DNA of 63,959 nucleotides, counting the filler. It is 5 parts of 5 records of this genome, joined end to end, with 100 filler letters (N's around TTAATTAATTAA, not from the genome) between each part and the next. Parts side by side here need not be neighbours in the genome. Positions count along the whole stretch, not along the records: positions 1 to 29,655 come from SRR20825010_2242; 4 more parts are not named here. One strand, written 5' to 3'. Positions 1 through 9,757 of this stretch are shown piece after piece. Each line of letters starts with the position of its first letter. Position 1 is the first letter of the stretch. A program made the translations under genes and the position numbers. The notes under the pieces are model-generated. The model worked only from the letters and a program-made list of their open reading frames with translations. It did no database searches and was not told the DNA's origin.

Positions 1-1
1 C

Positions 2-325
2 CAAAACAACGCTGGTGGTGCTTGGGATAACGCTAAGAAATCTTTCGAAGCTGGTGTTATGATTGATGGTGAAATGACTTACAAAGGTTCAGAAGCTCAC
101 AAAGCAGCTGTAACTGGCGATACTGTTGGTGATCCATTCAAAGATACTTCTGGCCCATCAATGAACATCTTGATTAAACTTACTTGTTTGATTGGTTTAG
201 TCATCGCTCCGCTATTGGTAGCAGGTCATGGAGAATCAAATGACGACAGCAAAGCCGAAGTAAAAGAAATTATTATCGAAGCCCCAGCAGTAGAAATCAC
301 TGAAGTGGTGACTGAGTTGAACTAA
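2..325 (+). CDS. hppA: Membrane Na+/H+-translocating pyrophosphatase, C-terminal fragment (5' truncated by window)
   Basis: The frame from position 2 reads [13 protein letters not shown]...[14 protein letters not shown], the hallmark C-terminal motifs of membrane PPases. Confidence 0.95.
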   Translation, partial: QNNAGGAWDNAKKSFEAGVMIDGEMTYKGSEAHKAAVTGDTVGDPFKDTSGPSMNILIKLTCLIGLVIAPLLVAGHGESNDDSKAEVKEIIIEAPAVEITEVVTELN

Positions 326-347
326 GACTCAACAAAATATAGAATTG

Positions 348-379
348 AAAGGCTACCCGAAACGGTAGCCTTTTTTTTT
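348..379 (+). terminator. Intrinsic terminator after hppA
   Basis: AAAGGCTACC-cgaaac-GGTAGCCTTT hairpin followed by a T-run. Confidence 0.85.
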
Positions 380-525
380 GTGTGAATTCATACTTGATAC
401 TCCAAACCCTAGGAAGTGAGTTTTATGATTTACAGAAATGTCAAGCCCATTGACGATGATAAAATCAATCTCTACTAAAATGAAAATTGCTTCTCTTTTA
501 AAGAAAAGCCATATTTGAAGTTCAA

Positions 526-1368
526 ATGATAGATTCCAAGCCCCCCCTCTCCTTAAGTACAATCAAAAAGATTGCTCTTATAATACCTGTACTACTCTCC
601 ATATCAACTGATGTATTTTCTCAAGAAGCCAAAATATCCGCATCCGCAGAAGTCAAAGGGAAAAGCATTCACTATGAAGTTTACGGTGAAGGTGAGCCAC
701 TTTTTCTTTTACATGGTTATACACAATCCTCCAAATCTTGGAGACCTTATGTCGAAGATTTTGAGCAAGAATATGAGGTATACTTAATTGACCTAACTGG
801 GCACGGAAAATCTGAGGCCTTCAAGCAAGAATTGTCCATAAAGTCGGTGGCCGAGGACATTAACGCTTTAGCTGAGCACCTCCAATTAGAAAAAATAAAG
901 GCCATTGGGTTCAGCTTTGGTGGAGATATTCTATATCAACTCGCCCTGCTTAACCCTCCTTTGATAGAGTCAATGATTACAATTGGTGCAGTGGGCACCT
1001 GGACGATAAATGATTTTCCTGAGTACCAGAAAATATTCACTTTTGAGAATAAAGATAATTTTCCTTGGCTCGCCACAGACCATCGTTCAGACGATCAAAT
1101 AAAAGCCCTCATGGAGCAATTCAAAAATTATACTGTCAGGTTAAGTGACGAGGAATTGCAAAGAATAAAACCTGAAGTATTGATCATGGTGGGCGATGAT
1201 GATGAGGGCATGGATTTATCAGAAGTCGCTAGGGTGAAAAAAAACCTTCCCCAATCTGACCTTTGGATATTGCCAAACGTTGCCCATGGTGCTCATGAAG
1301 GAGAAACCAAAGGTGAGTTCATTATAAAATCGAAAGCCTTTCTGTCTAAAAATAGAGATGAAAAATAA
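526..1368 (+). CDS. Alpha/beta hydrolase, probably exported
   Basis: HG oxyanion motif (LLHGY), GHGKS, nucleophile elbow GFSFG, C-terminal His (VAHGAH), hydrophobic N-terminus. Confidence 0.88.
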   Translation: MIDSKPPLSLSTIKKIALIIPVLLSISTDVFSQEAKISASAEVKGKSIHYEVYGEGEPLFLLHGYTQSSKSWRPYVEDFEQEYEVYLIDLTGHGKSEAFKQELSIKSVAEDINALAEHLQLEKIKAIGFSFGGDILYQLALLNPPLIESMITIGAVGTWTINDFPEYQKIFTFENKDNFPWLATDHRSDDQIKALMEQFKNYTVRLSDEELQRIKPEVLIMVGDDDEGMDLSEVARVKKNLPQSDLWILPNVAHGAHEGETKGEFIIKSKAFLSKNRDEK

Positions 1369-1372
1369 TCAA

Positions 1373-1398
1373 AAAGGCCACTGTTTCCAGTAGCCTTT
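1373..1398. terminator. Bidirectional terminator between convergent genes
   Basis: AAAGGCCACTG-tttc-CAGTAGCCTTT imperfect hairpin flanked by A and T runs. Confidence 0.6.
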
Positions 1399-1423
1399 CT
1401 TTGTGCCTATTTCTTTCTATTGA

Positions 1424-2764
1424 TTACTCGTACCTCAACGAGGTGATAGGATCTTGCTCTGCAGCTCTTTTGGCTGGTGCTATTCCAAATACAATGCCTA
1501 CAGTCACTGCAACCCCAAACGACAGTAAAATGGAAAATGGACTTACTATGGTGGGTATTTCAGCCAGCTCCGCTATACCAAAAGCAGCGCCCAAGCCTAA
1601 TAGCACCCCTATGGCTCCACCCGAAAAACTGATCATTACAGCTTCTAAAAGAAACTGAAAGATGATATCCAACCTTGTAGCGCCAAGCGACATACGTAAA
1701 CCGATCTCCTTAATTCTTTCCATTACGGAAGCCAGCATAATATTCATGATACCAATACCACCTACCAGAAGTGAGATTCCAGCAATACCTCCCAATACAA
1801 AATTGAAGATGTTCTTGGTGCGTTGTTGCTGTTTTAGGAGCAGTTCAGGAATACTGATTTCATAATCTATCACTTGACTGTGCTTACGTTTCAGCATCTT
1901 TGAAACCACTTGTGCTATGGAATTCATTTGCTCTGTATTTGATACCTTGAGGACAAGTCTATCGAGTTGATGATAGTTGACATCTGTTTTGCCTGCGTTT
2001 TGTGCATTATTCATTCGGGCTTGTTGAATGAGAGCGTTCGTTACCATTGCCCGGTTCTCATACCTCACTAAAGCCGTACTTAGCGGTGTGTAGATGTCCA
2101 TATTGTAATCACGAATACCAAGGTTAGACATACTCTTGTCTGAGATAATCCGCTCTTCCAACACACCAATTACCTTGAGCCAGTGTCGGCCCACCTTAAT
2201 GTATTTGCCAATAGGTTCCTCTCGACTAAAAAATTTCGATTTGATGGACTTCCCTATAATGCATACTGGAGTACCCTTTTTTATATGCTCTTTATTGAAG
2301 TATTCACCTTCATCAAGTTCGAAGCCAGAGATCTCAAAATAAGTATTTTCTACTCCCACCAGTTTCGCTGAACGTCTGAACCCCTGCCTGGAAACTTCTG
2401 TTTCTAAAACAATCTCTGGGCTGACCATATCTATACCCGGAATCATATTTTTGATGCTCTCTACATCCATGAAGTTTAGCCCCAATGAAAGGTTCTTTTT
2501 CCCTTTTTGGGTACCTACCGCTCCAGCAGTTTCATCCAATTCACCTTCGCTTTGTTCAATGATAGGCGTGATAACAATATTGTTAACGCCTACCAATTCT
2601 ATTTGCTCCAAAATTTCTTGCTGAGCACCTGAGCCTATGGCCATCATTGCAATTACTGCTGCTACGCCAAATATGATTCCCAGAGCAGTGAGGATACTGC
2701 GGATTTTATTAGACAATACTGCTTCTGAAGCAATCGCCAAGTTTGAAAGGATCTTCCGAAACAT
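1424..2764 (-). CDS. MacB/FtsX-type ABC transporter permease (no fused ATPase)
   Basis: RSILTALGIIFGVAAVI, large periplasmic domain, ISLLVGGIGIMNIMLASVMERIKEIGLR, PAKRAA..DPITSLRYE. Confidence 0.92.
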   Translation of the reverse strand: MFRKILSNLAIASEAVLSNKIRSILTALGIIFGVAAVIAMMAIGSGAQQEILEQIELVGVNNIVITPIIEQSEGELDETAGAVGTQKGKKNLSLGLNFMDVESIKNMIPGIDMVSPEIVLETEVSRQGFRRSAKLVGVENTYFEISGFELDEGEYFNKEHIKKGTPVCIIGKSIKSKFFSREEPIGKYIKVGRHWLKVIGVLEERIISDKSMSNLGIRDYNMDIYTPLSTALVRYENRAMVTNALIQQARMNNAQNAGKTDVNYHQLDRLVLKVSNTEQMNSIAQVVSKMLKRKHSQVIDYEISIPELLLKQQQRTKNIFNFVLGGIAGISLLVGGIGIMNIMLASVMERIKEIGLRMSLGATRLDIIFQFLLEAVMISFSGGAIGVLLGLGAAFGIAELAEIPTIVSPFSILLSFGVAVTVGIVFGIAPAKRAAEQDPITSLRYE

Positions 2765-2765
2765 A

Positions 2766-4046
2766 TCAATCCTTTTTAGCGATTGCCTTCACACCATCTG
2801 TCATACGTTTGATTGGTTTATCTTCTATGCCGCTTGGGTCAGACAAATAAACAGTAAGGCCTTCCTCAATTCCACCGAGAACAACCACTTCATCCGCGTT
2901 GGACTTACCAAGCTTCACTTCATGTTTAGTAATATTCAGTCCATCTTTGGCAATGATATAAGTAATCGTATCACCTTGGCTGTGAACTGCTTCTACTGGG
3001 ATAAAAAGAACATCCTCCAAAACTTCCGCAATTACTTTATTACTTGTGGTCATCCCTGGTCTTAGTGTGGTATCGGATTCATTTACCGCCACCATAATCT
3101 CAAATACTTTAGAGTCAGAATTAGGTCGTTGTTGCCCCATATTGGCCACTTCCAAAATTTGACCTGTCAGTTTTTTATCTGGAAAGGCATCCAAACCTAT
3201 TTCAACCCGCTGTCCTTTCTTTATATTATTAATATCAACCTCGTTCACGAAGGTTTTTGATACCATTTGCGTTAGGTCAGGCAATGTTGCCACCACGGGA
3301 TCCCATGCGGCAACTTGTGACCCTACTCCCATTTTACTTCCCCGCCAATCACGTTTATAAATAAGCATCCCAGCTTCGGGTGCCATAATGCTAAACTGAG
3401 AACGCAAGGCCATTAGGTTGTCTAGTTTGATCTTATCGTCCTGCATTTTGGCTGCAGCCCCTTTCATTTTCGCCACAGACTTTTGTCTTTGAAGCTCATA
3501 ATTCTCCTTTTCAACCATGAACTGCTTCTCAGCTCTATCTAACTCCATTTGTTTCTCAGCTACGACTGCCGGGGGTTCGTATTGAGAATTTTTTAGCACC
3601 AATTTTTTTCTCTCAATTTCATAAAGCTGATTGTCCATAACATCTCTTGCCCTACGAAGCTCTATTGCGGTGTCTAGCTTAGCTTGTGTGAATTCAGAAG
3701 TGGTTACAGTAAAATCACTTTGCCTCTGCTGTAGCCTAGTGCCTAGCTCCGTCTGGTCCAAACGAGCCACATAATCGCCCGCTTTCACCACGGTTCCCTC
3801 TGGAATAATGTGCTCTAAAGTAGTTTGGAATATGCCGGCACTTTGCATTCCGCCTGGTCCCATAATATCGACCGAGCTCTTGGCGAATAACTCGCCCGAT
3901 GCAGTAATTTCAGACCTGAACTGTCCTCGCTGTACTTTAGCAAAGACCTCAGTAGAATCCGTTGACCCTTTATTTACTTTGGAGATAAAAAATATTAGTA
4001 CCGCGACAAAAATGCCGATAACGATTATCAGATTACGCTTCTTCAT
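2766..4046 (-). CDS. Efflux periplasmic adaptor (HlyD/MacA-like membrane fusion protein)
   Basis: N-terminal anchor, lipoyl-like half-motif EGTVVKAGD, coiled hairpin, LRPGMT, IPVEAV; 1 bp from the permease gene. Confidence 0.9.
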   Translation of the reverse strand: MKKRNLIIVIGIFVAVLIFFISKVNKGSTDSTEVFAKVQRGQFRSEITASGELFAKSSVDIMGPGGMQSAGIFQTTLEHIIPEGTVVKAGDYVARLDQTELGTRLQQRQSDFTVTTSEFTQAKLDTAIELRRARDVMDNQLYEIERKKLVLKNSQYEPPAVVAEKQMELDRAEKQFMVEKENYELQRQKSVAKMKGAAAKMQDDKIKLDNLMALRSQFSIMAPEAGMLIYKRDWRGSKMGVGSQVAAWDPVVATLPDLTQMVSKTFVNEVDINNIKKGQRVEIGLDAFPDKKLTGQILEVANMGQQRPNSDSKVFEIMVAVNESDTTLRPGMTTSNKVIAEVLEDVLFIPVEAVHSQGDTITYIIAKDGLNITKHEVKLGKSNADEVVVLGGIEEGLTVYLSDPSGIEDKPIKRMTDGVKAIAKKD

Positions 4047-4333
4047 TATGTTGTTATTTTGACTGACCTCTTGAACTGTAAATATAGTTTTATTTATTAC
4101 TTTTCAAATGTTAATCTTTCTTAATGTATGTTAATACTGAGTAATAAAAGATTTATTGTATTCGAATAAAAACTAAAGTAATACTGAATTGGCATACTAA
4201 TTCCTTAGCTGACCCATTGCTTATTATGATGAACTGATTGATCAAATTGTTTTAAACAACATTATGATTATCAATGACACACCGTTACCCATTTCTTTGG
4301 TTACTTTTGCGGCTAGAAGAATACCCATCAACA

Positions 4334-6202
4334 ATGAACTACCTTTCGTTAGAAAATATTACCAAGACATTTGGTGACAGAAAAATCCTTAATGCCATTT
4401 CTATTGGTGTCGATCAAGGCCAGAAGATTGCCCTCGTGGGCGTAAACGGCTCTGGAAAATCTACCCTTCTTAAAATTATTACTGGTGTTGAAAAACAGGA
4501 TGCCGGAGATGTGGTTTTCAGAAACGACATTGTGGTGCGCTCATTGGTGCAAAACCCAAAGTTCGAAACCAGCCAAACCGTACTTGATGCAGTGTTTGAT
4601 AGCGATGACGAAGCCCTTAGGCTTTTGAATCGATACCAGAAAGTAATGATCAAAGCCGAACGTGGAGATTATGATGACAAAGAAATGCAAACCGTAATTG
4701 AGCGCATTGATGCCATTAATGCTTGGGATCAAGAAAGTCAGGTAAAGCAGATTTTAGGAAAACTTGGCCTGAAAGATTTGGAAGCCGATGTTAGTAAATT
4801 ATCTGGTGGTCAGCAGAAAAGAGTGGCCATGGCTCAGGTACTGATTCAAAAGCCAGATTTATTGATCCTAGATGAGCCTACCAACCACTTGGATATTGAC
4901 AGCATTGAATGGCTAGAAGGTTATTTGAGCCAAGCCAATATGGCCTTGATACTGGTAACTCACGATAGGTATTTCTTAGAAAAAGTGACAAACGAAATTG
5001 TAGAACTAGAGCAGGGAAAGCTTTATCGTTATAAAGGTGATTATGGGCATTTCTTAGAAAAGAAAGCTGAACGCCATGAATCTGAAGCTTCATCGATAGA
5101 GAAAGCTCAAAACCTCTACAGAAAAGAACTAGACTGGATTAGAAGGCAACCAAAAGCCCGAGGCACAAAAGCCAAGTACAGAGTAGATGCTTTTGAAGAG
5201 ACCAAATCAAAGGCCTTTTCAGGGGCTAAAACCACTGGCATGGAATTGGGCGCCACAGCCTCACGTCAAGGAAAGAAAGTGTTAGAGATTGAGAAAATCA
5301 GCCATGGTTTTGGCGACAAAAAATTGATCAATAATTTCTCATACGTTTTCCCAAGAAAAGACCGTGTAGGAATTGTTGGTGCAAACGGAAGTGGGAAAAC
5401 GACTTTCCTTGGTTTACTCGTAGGTGATTTAGAAGCCAATGAAGGGTCTATTGATTTAGGGCAAACCACCAAAATCGGTTACTACCGACAGCAAGAACTA
5501 AGATTCAACGATGCTCAAACGGTGATTGAATTCGCGAAGGAAATTGCGGAGTTCGTAGAGTATGGAAAAGGGCAGAGCATTCCTGTTTCTCAATTCTTGA
5601 CTCGATTCCTTTTCCCACCAGAAGTACAATACAAACCCATTGGTAAATTGAGTGGCGGAGAAAAACGTAGGCTTCAGTTGCTTAAAATCTTGATCAAAAG
5701 TCCAAATTTCTTGATTCTGGATGAACCGACCAACGACCTCGATTTGATCACATTGAACACCCTTGAGAACTTCCTTGAGAATTTCGAAGGTTGCTTGGTG
5801 CTTGTCTCTCACGACAGATACTTTGTTGACAAATTAGTCGATCACCTCTTTGTTTTTGATGGCCAAGGCGATATTCGAGATTATAACGGTAATTATACCG
5901 ATTGGCGTTTAGAAGAAGTAGCTGCCAAAGATGCACCAAAGCCTAAAGTCGTTGAGAAGGTCGTTGCTCCAGCCCCTAAAAAAGAGCAGCGGAAAATATC
6001 GTACAAAGAACAGCTTGAGTTTGACACAATAGAGAAAGACATGGCAAAGTTGGAGGCACAAAAAACAATACTCAATGAGAAAATAATTAGTGGATCAACC
6101 AATCATGAAGAATTAACTGGGTGGGCTACGGAACTAGAAAGGATAAATAACGATTTAGAGGAGAAGGAAATGCGCTGGCTTGAGCTTTCCGAATATATGT
6201 AA
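4334..6202 (+). CDS. ABC-F family ATPase (Uup-like)
   Basis: Two NBDs (GVNGSGKS/LSGGQ/LDEPTNHLD and GANGSGKT/LSGGE/LDEPTNDLD), no TM segments, C-terminal coiled coil ending RWLEL. Start moved to ATG 4334 because a TAnnTTTG promoter motif (4302-4309) lies inside the longer ORF. Confidence 0.92.
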   Translation: MNYLSLENITKTFGDRKILNAISIGVDQGQKIALVGVNGSGKSTLLKIITGVEKQDAGDVVFRNDIVVRSLVQNPKFETSQTVLDAVFDSDDEALRLLNRYQKVMIKAERGDYDDKEMQTVIERIDAINAWDQESQVKQILGKLGLKDLEADVSKLSGGQQKRVAMAQVLIQKPDLLILDEPTNHLDIDSIEWLEGYLSQANMALILVTHDRYFLEKVTNEIVELEQGKLYRYKGDYGHFLEKKAERHESEASSIEKAQNLYRKELDWIRRQPKARGTKAKYRVDAFEETKSKAFSGAKTTGMELGATASRQGKKVLEIEKISHGFGDKKLINNFSYVFPRKDRVGIVGANGSGKTTFLGLLVGDLEANEGSIDLGQTTKIGYYRQQELRFNDAQTVIEFAKEIAEFVEYGKGQSIPVSQFLTRFLFPPEVQYKPIGKLSGGEKRRLQLLKILIKSPNFLILDEPTNDLDLITLNTLENFLENFEGCLVLVSHDRYFVDKLVDHLFVFDGQGDIRDYNGNYTDWRLEEVAAKDAPKPKVVEKVVAPAPKKEQRKISYKEQLEFDTIEKDMAKLEAQKTILNEKIISGSTNHEELTGWATELERINNDLEEKEMRWLELSEYM

Positions 6203-6210
6203 TCTAAATT

Positions 6211-7137
6211 ATGGCTGAACTAATTCTCAATTCAGATAAACTAACAGTAGACTGCGAGCATGGCGAGACTATTTTGGACGCCTCGCTTAAAATGGGTATC
6301 AATCATGCCCACGCCTGCGGTGGAAAAGCCATCTGCTCTACTTGCCGGGTTTATATTGAAGAAGGGTTAGAAAATGTAAGCCCTAGAAACGAAAAAGAAC
6401 AAAAACTAGTCGATACATTAAAGCTTGGGAAAGAAATAAGACTGGCTTGTCAAACTACCGTTTGTGGGCCGGTAAAAGCACGTAGGCTAGTACTTGATAA
6501 AATAGATGAAAACATTATTCTAAGCTCAGGCATGTCAAGTGGGCCTCGAAGTTTGGGCGAAGTAATCGATGCCTCAGTACTCTTTGTGGACATTGCCGAC
6601 TACACTGCTTTTAGTGAACGAACACCTGCCTATGATGTGGTGCATGTGCTCAACCGCTATTTCTACATTGCAGGCAATATCATCAAAAAACATAACGGCA
6701 GAATTCTTGATTATTACGGTGATGGTTTCTTGGCCATTTTTGGTTTAGACCACCAGCCTAATCATACAAAAAATGTGATCAGTGCAGGTTTCGAACTTCA
6801 AGAAGCCATAAAAAAATTTGATACAGAAGTACACGATTTAGTTAATTCCTCTTTCAAAATACGCTTAGGAGCCCATACTGGCAAAGTGATTTGGGGCACT
6901 ATAGGAATTGAAGGTATGCAAAAAGAAGCTGCCATTGGCGACACGGTTAATTTTGCATCGCGCATAGAGCAAGCCAATAAAACTTTGAACACCGATTTTC
7001 TAATTTCCGAAGCACTTTTCAAGAAGTTCGAGACCTGTTGTGTCGTTAATGCAGAGTATGAAATAGAAGTGAAGGGCAAGAAAGGAAGTCATAAAGTTTA
7101 CTCCTTAGAATATGTAAGCCCAACAGTATTAGTGTAG
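6211..7137 (+). CDS. [2Fe-2S] ferredoxin fused to a class III nucleotide cyclase
   Basis: HACGGKAICSTC...RLAC Fe-S motif; cyclase motifs LFVDIADYT, YYGDG, GDTVNFASRIE, VKGK. Confidence 0.9.
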   Translation: MAELILNSDKLTVDCEHGETILDASLKMGINHAHACGGKAICSTCRVYIEEGLENVSPRNEKEQKLVDTLKLGKEIRLACQTTVCGPVKARRLVLDKIDENIILSSGMSSGPRSLGEVIDASVLFVDIADYTAFSERTPAYDVVHVLNRYFYIAGNIIKKHNGRILDYYGDGFLAIFGLDHQPNHTKNVISAGFELQEAIKKFDTEVHDLVNSSFKIRLGAHTGKVIWGTIGIEGMQKEAAIGDTVNFASRIEQANKTLNTDFLISEALFKKFETCCVVNAEYEIEVKGKKGSHKVYSLEYVSPTVLV

Positions 7138-7163
7138 TTTGTAATTACAATAAGTTTGTATTT

Positions 7164-7400
7164 TTGGATATGAGCACAACAGCATGGATTCTTATTTGCG
7201 TTCTGATTATGGTGGTTTACACCATCAGTTTTCTTCAATTTTTAAAACAGCGATCGGCCCGTAAAAGCAATCAATCCAGAATATTTCAACTCCCATTATT
7301 CACTGCTTTTTTAATTGGCCCACTCCTATTCTTTATCATCAACAGAAACCAACGTAAAGACAGAAGGCGCTTTATGAAGGATATGGATCGGTATTCTTAA
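7164..7400 (+). CDS. Small two-TM membrane protein, unknown function (start may be ATG 7170)
   Basis: Two hydrophobic stretches and a basic tail; fills the gap between co-oriented genes. Confidence 0.55.
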   Translation: MDMSTTAWILICVLIMVVYTISFLQFLKQRSARKSNQSRIFQLPLFTAFLIGPLLFFIINRNQRKDRRRFMKDMDRYS

Positions 7401-7433
7401 ACCCTAAATGATCAATCAGAACTTCCAATTACG

Positions 7434-7895
7434 ATGAGCCCAATAGAAAACTTACAAAAACTTAACCTTACGCTTCCAGAGGTTTCTACTCCTGGAGGTA
7501 ACTATGTGTCGGTTAATATCCGAGCCAACATTGCCTATGTTGCTATACAATTTCCAATTCTGAATGAAGAATTTCTATATCAAAGGCGATTAGGAGATGA
7601 ACTCAGCACAGAAGATGGCTACCATGCCATGGAATTATGCGCCCTGAATGTATTGGCTCAAATCAATAGCAAAGTGGGTTTCGACAGATTAGTGGGCTTA
7701 AACCATATAGATATCTACTTTCAGGCCGGCAACAATTGGGATGAGTCTCCCAAAGTTGCGAATGGTGCTTCTGATCTTTTTGTCAAAATTTTAGAAGAAA
7801 AAGGAACACATAGCAGGGCTATTTTTGGTGCTCAATCTCTTCCTAGAAATTTTTCAGTAGGATTAACAGCCAGCTTTACGATTACTGAATCATAA
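7434..7895 (+). CDS. RidA/YjgF-like (Rid family) protein
   Basis: LGL-LP-like N-terminus, PGGNYV, VANGASDLFV, GTHSRAIFGAQSLP. Confidence 0.85.
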   Translation: MSPIENLQKLNLTLPEVSTPGGNYVSVNIRANIAYVAIQFPILNEEFLYQRRLGDELSTEDGYHAMELCALNVLAQINSKVGFDRLVGLNHIDIYFQAGNNWDESPKVANGASDLFVKILEEKGTHSRAIFGAQSLPRNFSVGLTASFTITES

Positions 7896-7896
7896 A

Positions 7897-7919
7897 AAAA
7901 GCGGCTATTAGCCGCTTTT
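7897..7919. terminator. Bidirectional terminator
   Basis: AAAAGCGGCTA-t-TAGCCGCTTTT inverted repeat between convergent genes. Confidence 0.7.
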
Positions 7920-7949
7920 CATTCTATTTTCGATTAGGCTTTACACCTT

Positions 7950-9323
7950 CTATCTTCTTCTCATCTGCTGATAAGGGAACACCACCGGTGATTCGCTTCC
8001 ATTCTTCGCTACAGCAGCCACTCCAAAGTAATAATTATCAATCACGATTCCTTCTAAGGTAAATTCATTCACCCCAGAAACGAATCTTGAATTGTCCCAA
8101 GTAGGCGAAGTAGTTAATCTCCAGTACAACTTGTACCCAATAATATTCGGATCGTTTGATTCTTTCCATTGTAAGGTGGTTGAAGGCTGAACTGCTCCGC
8201 CAATTCTTACATCTTCAGGTGTTTTTGGTCCCCAAGCCAATCCTGCTAAGGAAATAGCATTTACGGCTGTAAGTTTAGCGGCATAATCAAAGTTTACACC
8301 TTCAATAACGTCTCCATATTCAATTCCGTTTTCAGTACGGATATCCTGATGCTGGCGCACATAGTTTTCATGGGCTTCCATAATACGTACTCCTGCAAAG
8401 CCTAGGTCATTGAACGGACGGTGATGACCTCCACGACCAAACCTATCCAAACGATAAATCATCATCGGATTCATTTCAGGCATATAGGTCTGAACTTGCT
8501 TATAAATGAACCTGGCCAATTGCCTTGAATTTCCATCTACTTCTCCACCTACGGTTCTTCTCGCACGTCTCAAGCCTTCACTTTCATTGGCTGGGGTAGG
8601 TTCAGAAAAAATTCTAAAATCTCGGTTACTAATTACGCCATCAACACCCTCAATATTTCCGATCATGTCATTATTCAAAAGCCCGACAATTTCCCAGTTA
8701 TTATCCTGCGCGTATTTGGCCAAACCAGCACCTCCAAACAAACCTTGCTCTTCACCAGAAAGACCAACAAAGGCGATGCTATGCTTAAACTTGTATTTAG
8801 AAAGAAGTCGAGCAGCCTCTATTGTTCCCGCCATACCCGAAGCGTTATCATTAGCTCCTGGTGCATCAATTTCAAAGTTCATAGTGTTAGATGAGCGAGA
8901 GTCGATGTCGCCTGACATCATTGCATAGCTATTTGGATATTCAGTCCCTCTTAAAACAGCCACTACATTCACGATCCATGCAGAATGAGGCACACGGCTT
9001 CCCTCGGTCTTTTCTACAAAATCTTTCTGGTAGAAAACTTCAAGACAGCCTCCGCATTCTTTTGATATTTTCTCAAACTCAGAGAATATCCATCTTCTGG
9101 CAGCACCAATTCCGCGTGTCTGAGAAACAGTATCGGAAAAAGTATTTCTTGTACCAAAGCTCACTAGCTTTCTAATATCAGTTTCTATCCTTTCTGGGGA
9201 AGAAGACTGAACGATGTCATAAAATCTAGCATCGGTCTGTGGAGGAGCGGTTTGTTGAGCCGCCAATGGATTCAAAAAGAAACCAAAACTCAAAAGCACA
9301 AATAAATAATTTCTAATCTTCAT
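7950..9323 (-). CDS. Exported M28-family metallopeptidase with C-terminal FN3-like domain
   Basis: Signal peptide; GANDNASG, GEEQGLFG, NNDMIG, RGGHH. Confidence 0.9.
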   Translation of the reverse strand: MKIRNYLFVLLSFGFFLNPLAAQQTAPPQTDARFYDIVQSSSPERIETDIRKLVSFGTRNTFSDTVSQTRGIGAARRWIFSEFEKISKECGGCLEVFYQKDFVEKTEGSRVPHSAWIVNVVAVLRGTEYPNSYAMMSGDIDSRSSNTMNFEIDAPGANDNASGMAGTIEAARLLSKYKFKHSIAFVGLSGEEQGLFGGAGLAKYAQDNNWEIVGLLNNDMIGNIEGVDGVISNRDFRIFSEPTPANESEGLRRARRTVGGEVDGNSRQLARFIYKQVQTYMPEMNPMMIYRLDRFGRGGHHRPFNDLGFAGVRIMEAHENYVRQHQDIRTENGIEYGDVIEGVNFDYAAKLTAVNAISLAGLAWGPKTPEDVRIGGAVQPSTTLQWKESNDPNIIGYKLYWRLTTSPTWDNSRFVSGVNEFTLEGIVIDNYYFGVAAVAKNGSESPVVFPYQQMRRR

Positions 9324-9547
9324 AAGATAACAGGTTGATTATTGAAATATAAAGATGATTTGCTCGGGATAAAAAGCAATACTTGATCAATGGAAAACTA
9401 TTTTTCTAGACAAAAGATAATGATCTTAAAAAACTAAGTACAAATTAAAATTTAAATGAATTTAGGGTAAGGGAGAAGACCATTGCTAGTTGTTAATCGG
9501 ATGTAATCATAAGACAAAAAAATAATATTCTTAGAGCAGGAACATTA

Positions 9548-9563
9548 TTGGCACAAAGGTTGT
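9548..9563 (+). promoter_or_regulatory. Sigma54-like -24/-12 promoter
   Basis: TTGGCACAAAGGTTGT versus consensus TGGCAC-N5-TTGC: one mismatch at -12, correct spacing, about 32 nt upstream of a small ORF. Confidence 0.55.
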
Positions 9564-9595
9564 CTTAGGAGTACAGGTACCCCAAATAAAGGAAA

Positions 9596-9709
9596 ATGAG
9601 AACTAAGACATTATTATTCACAGCCGCAATTGTTGCCGCAGGAGTTGGCATCGCGACATTAGCAAGCAAAAAATTTGTATTGCCAAAGTTGAAGAAAAGC
9701 ACGAAGTAG
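9596..9709 (+). CDS. 37-aa single-pass membrane peptide, below the ORF-track cutoff
   Basis: MRTKTLLFTAAIVAAGVGIATLASKKFVLPKLKKSTK*; AAAGGAAA upstream, promoter before and terminator after. Confidence 0.65.
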   Translation: MRTKTLLFTAAIVAAGVGIATLASKKFVLPKLKKSTK

Positions 9710-9757
9710 AATTCATTATTGAATTCTAACAGTTCACAAAAACTGTTAAATCATACG

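Noticed and set aside
4274-4333. Upstream start for the ABC-F gene
   Set aside because: It contains the TAnnTTTG promoter motif, and the family-like sequence begins at MNYLS.
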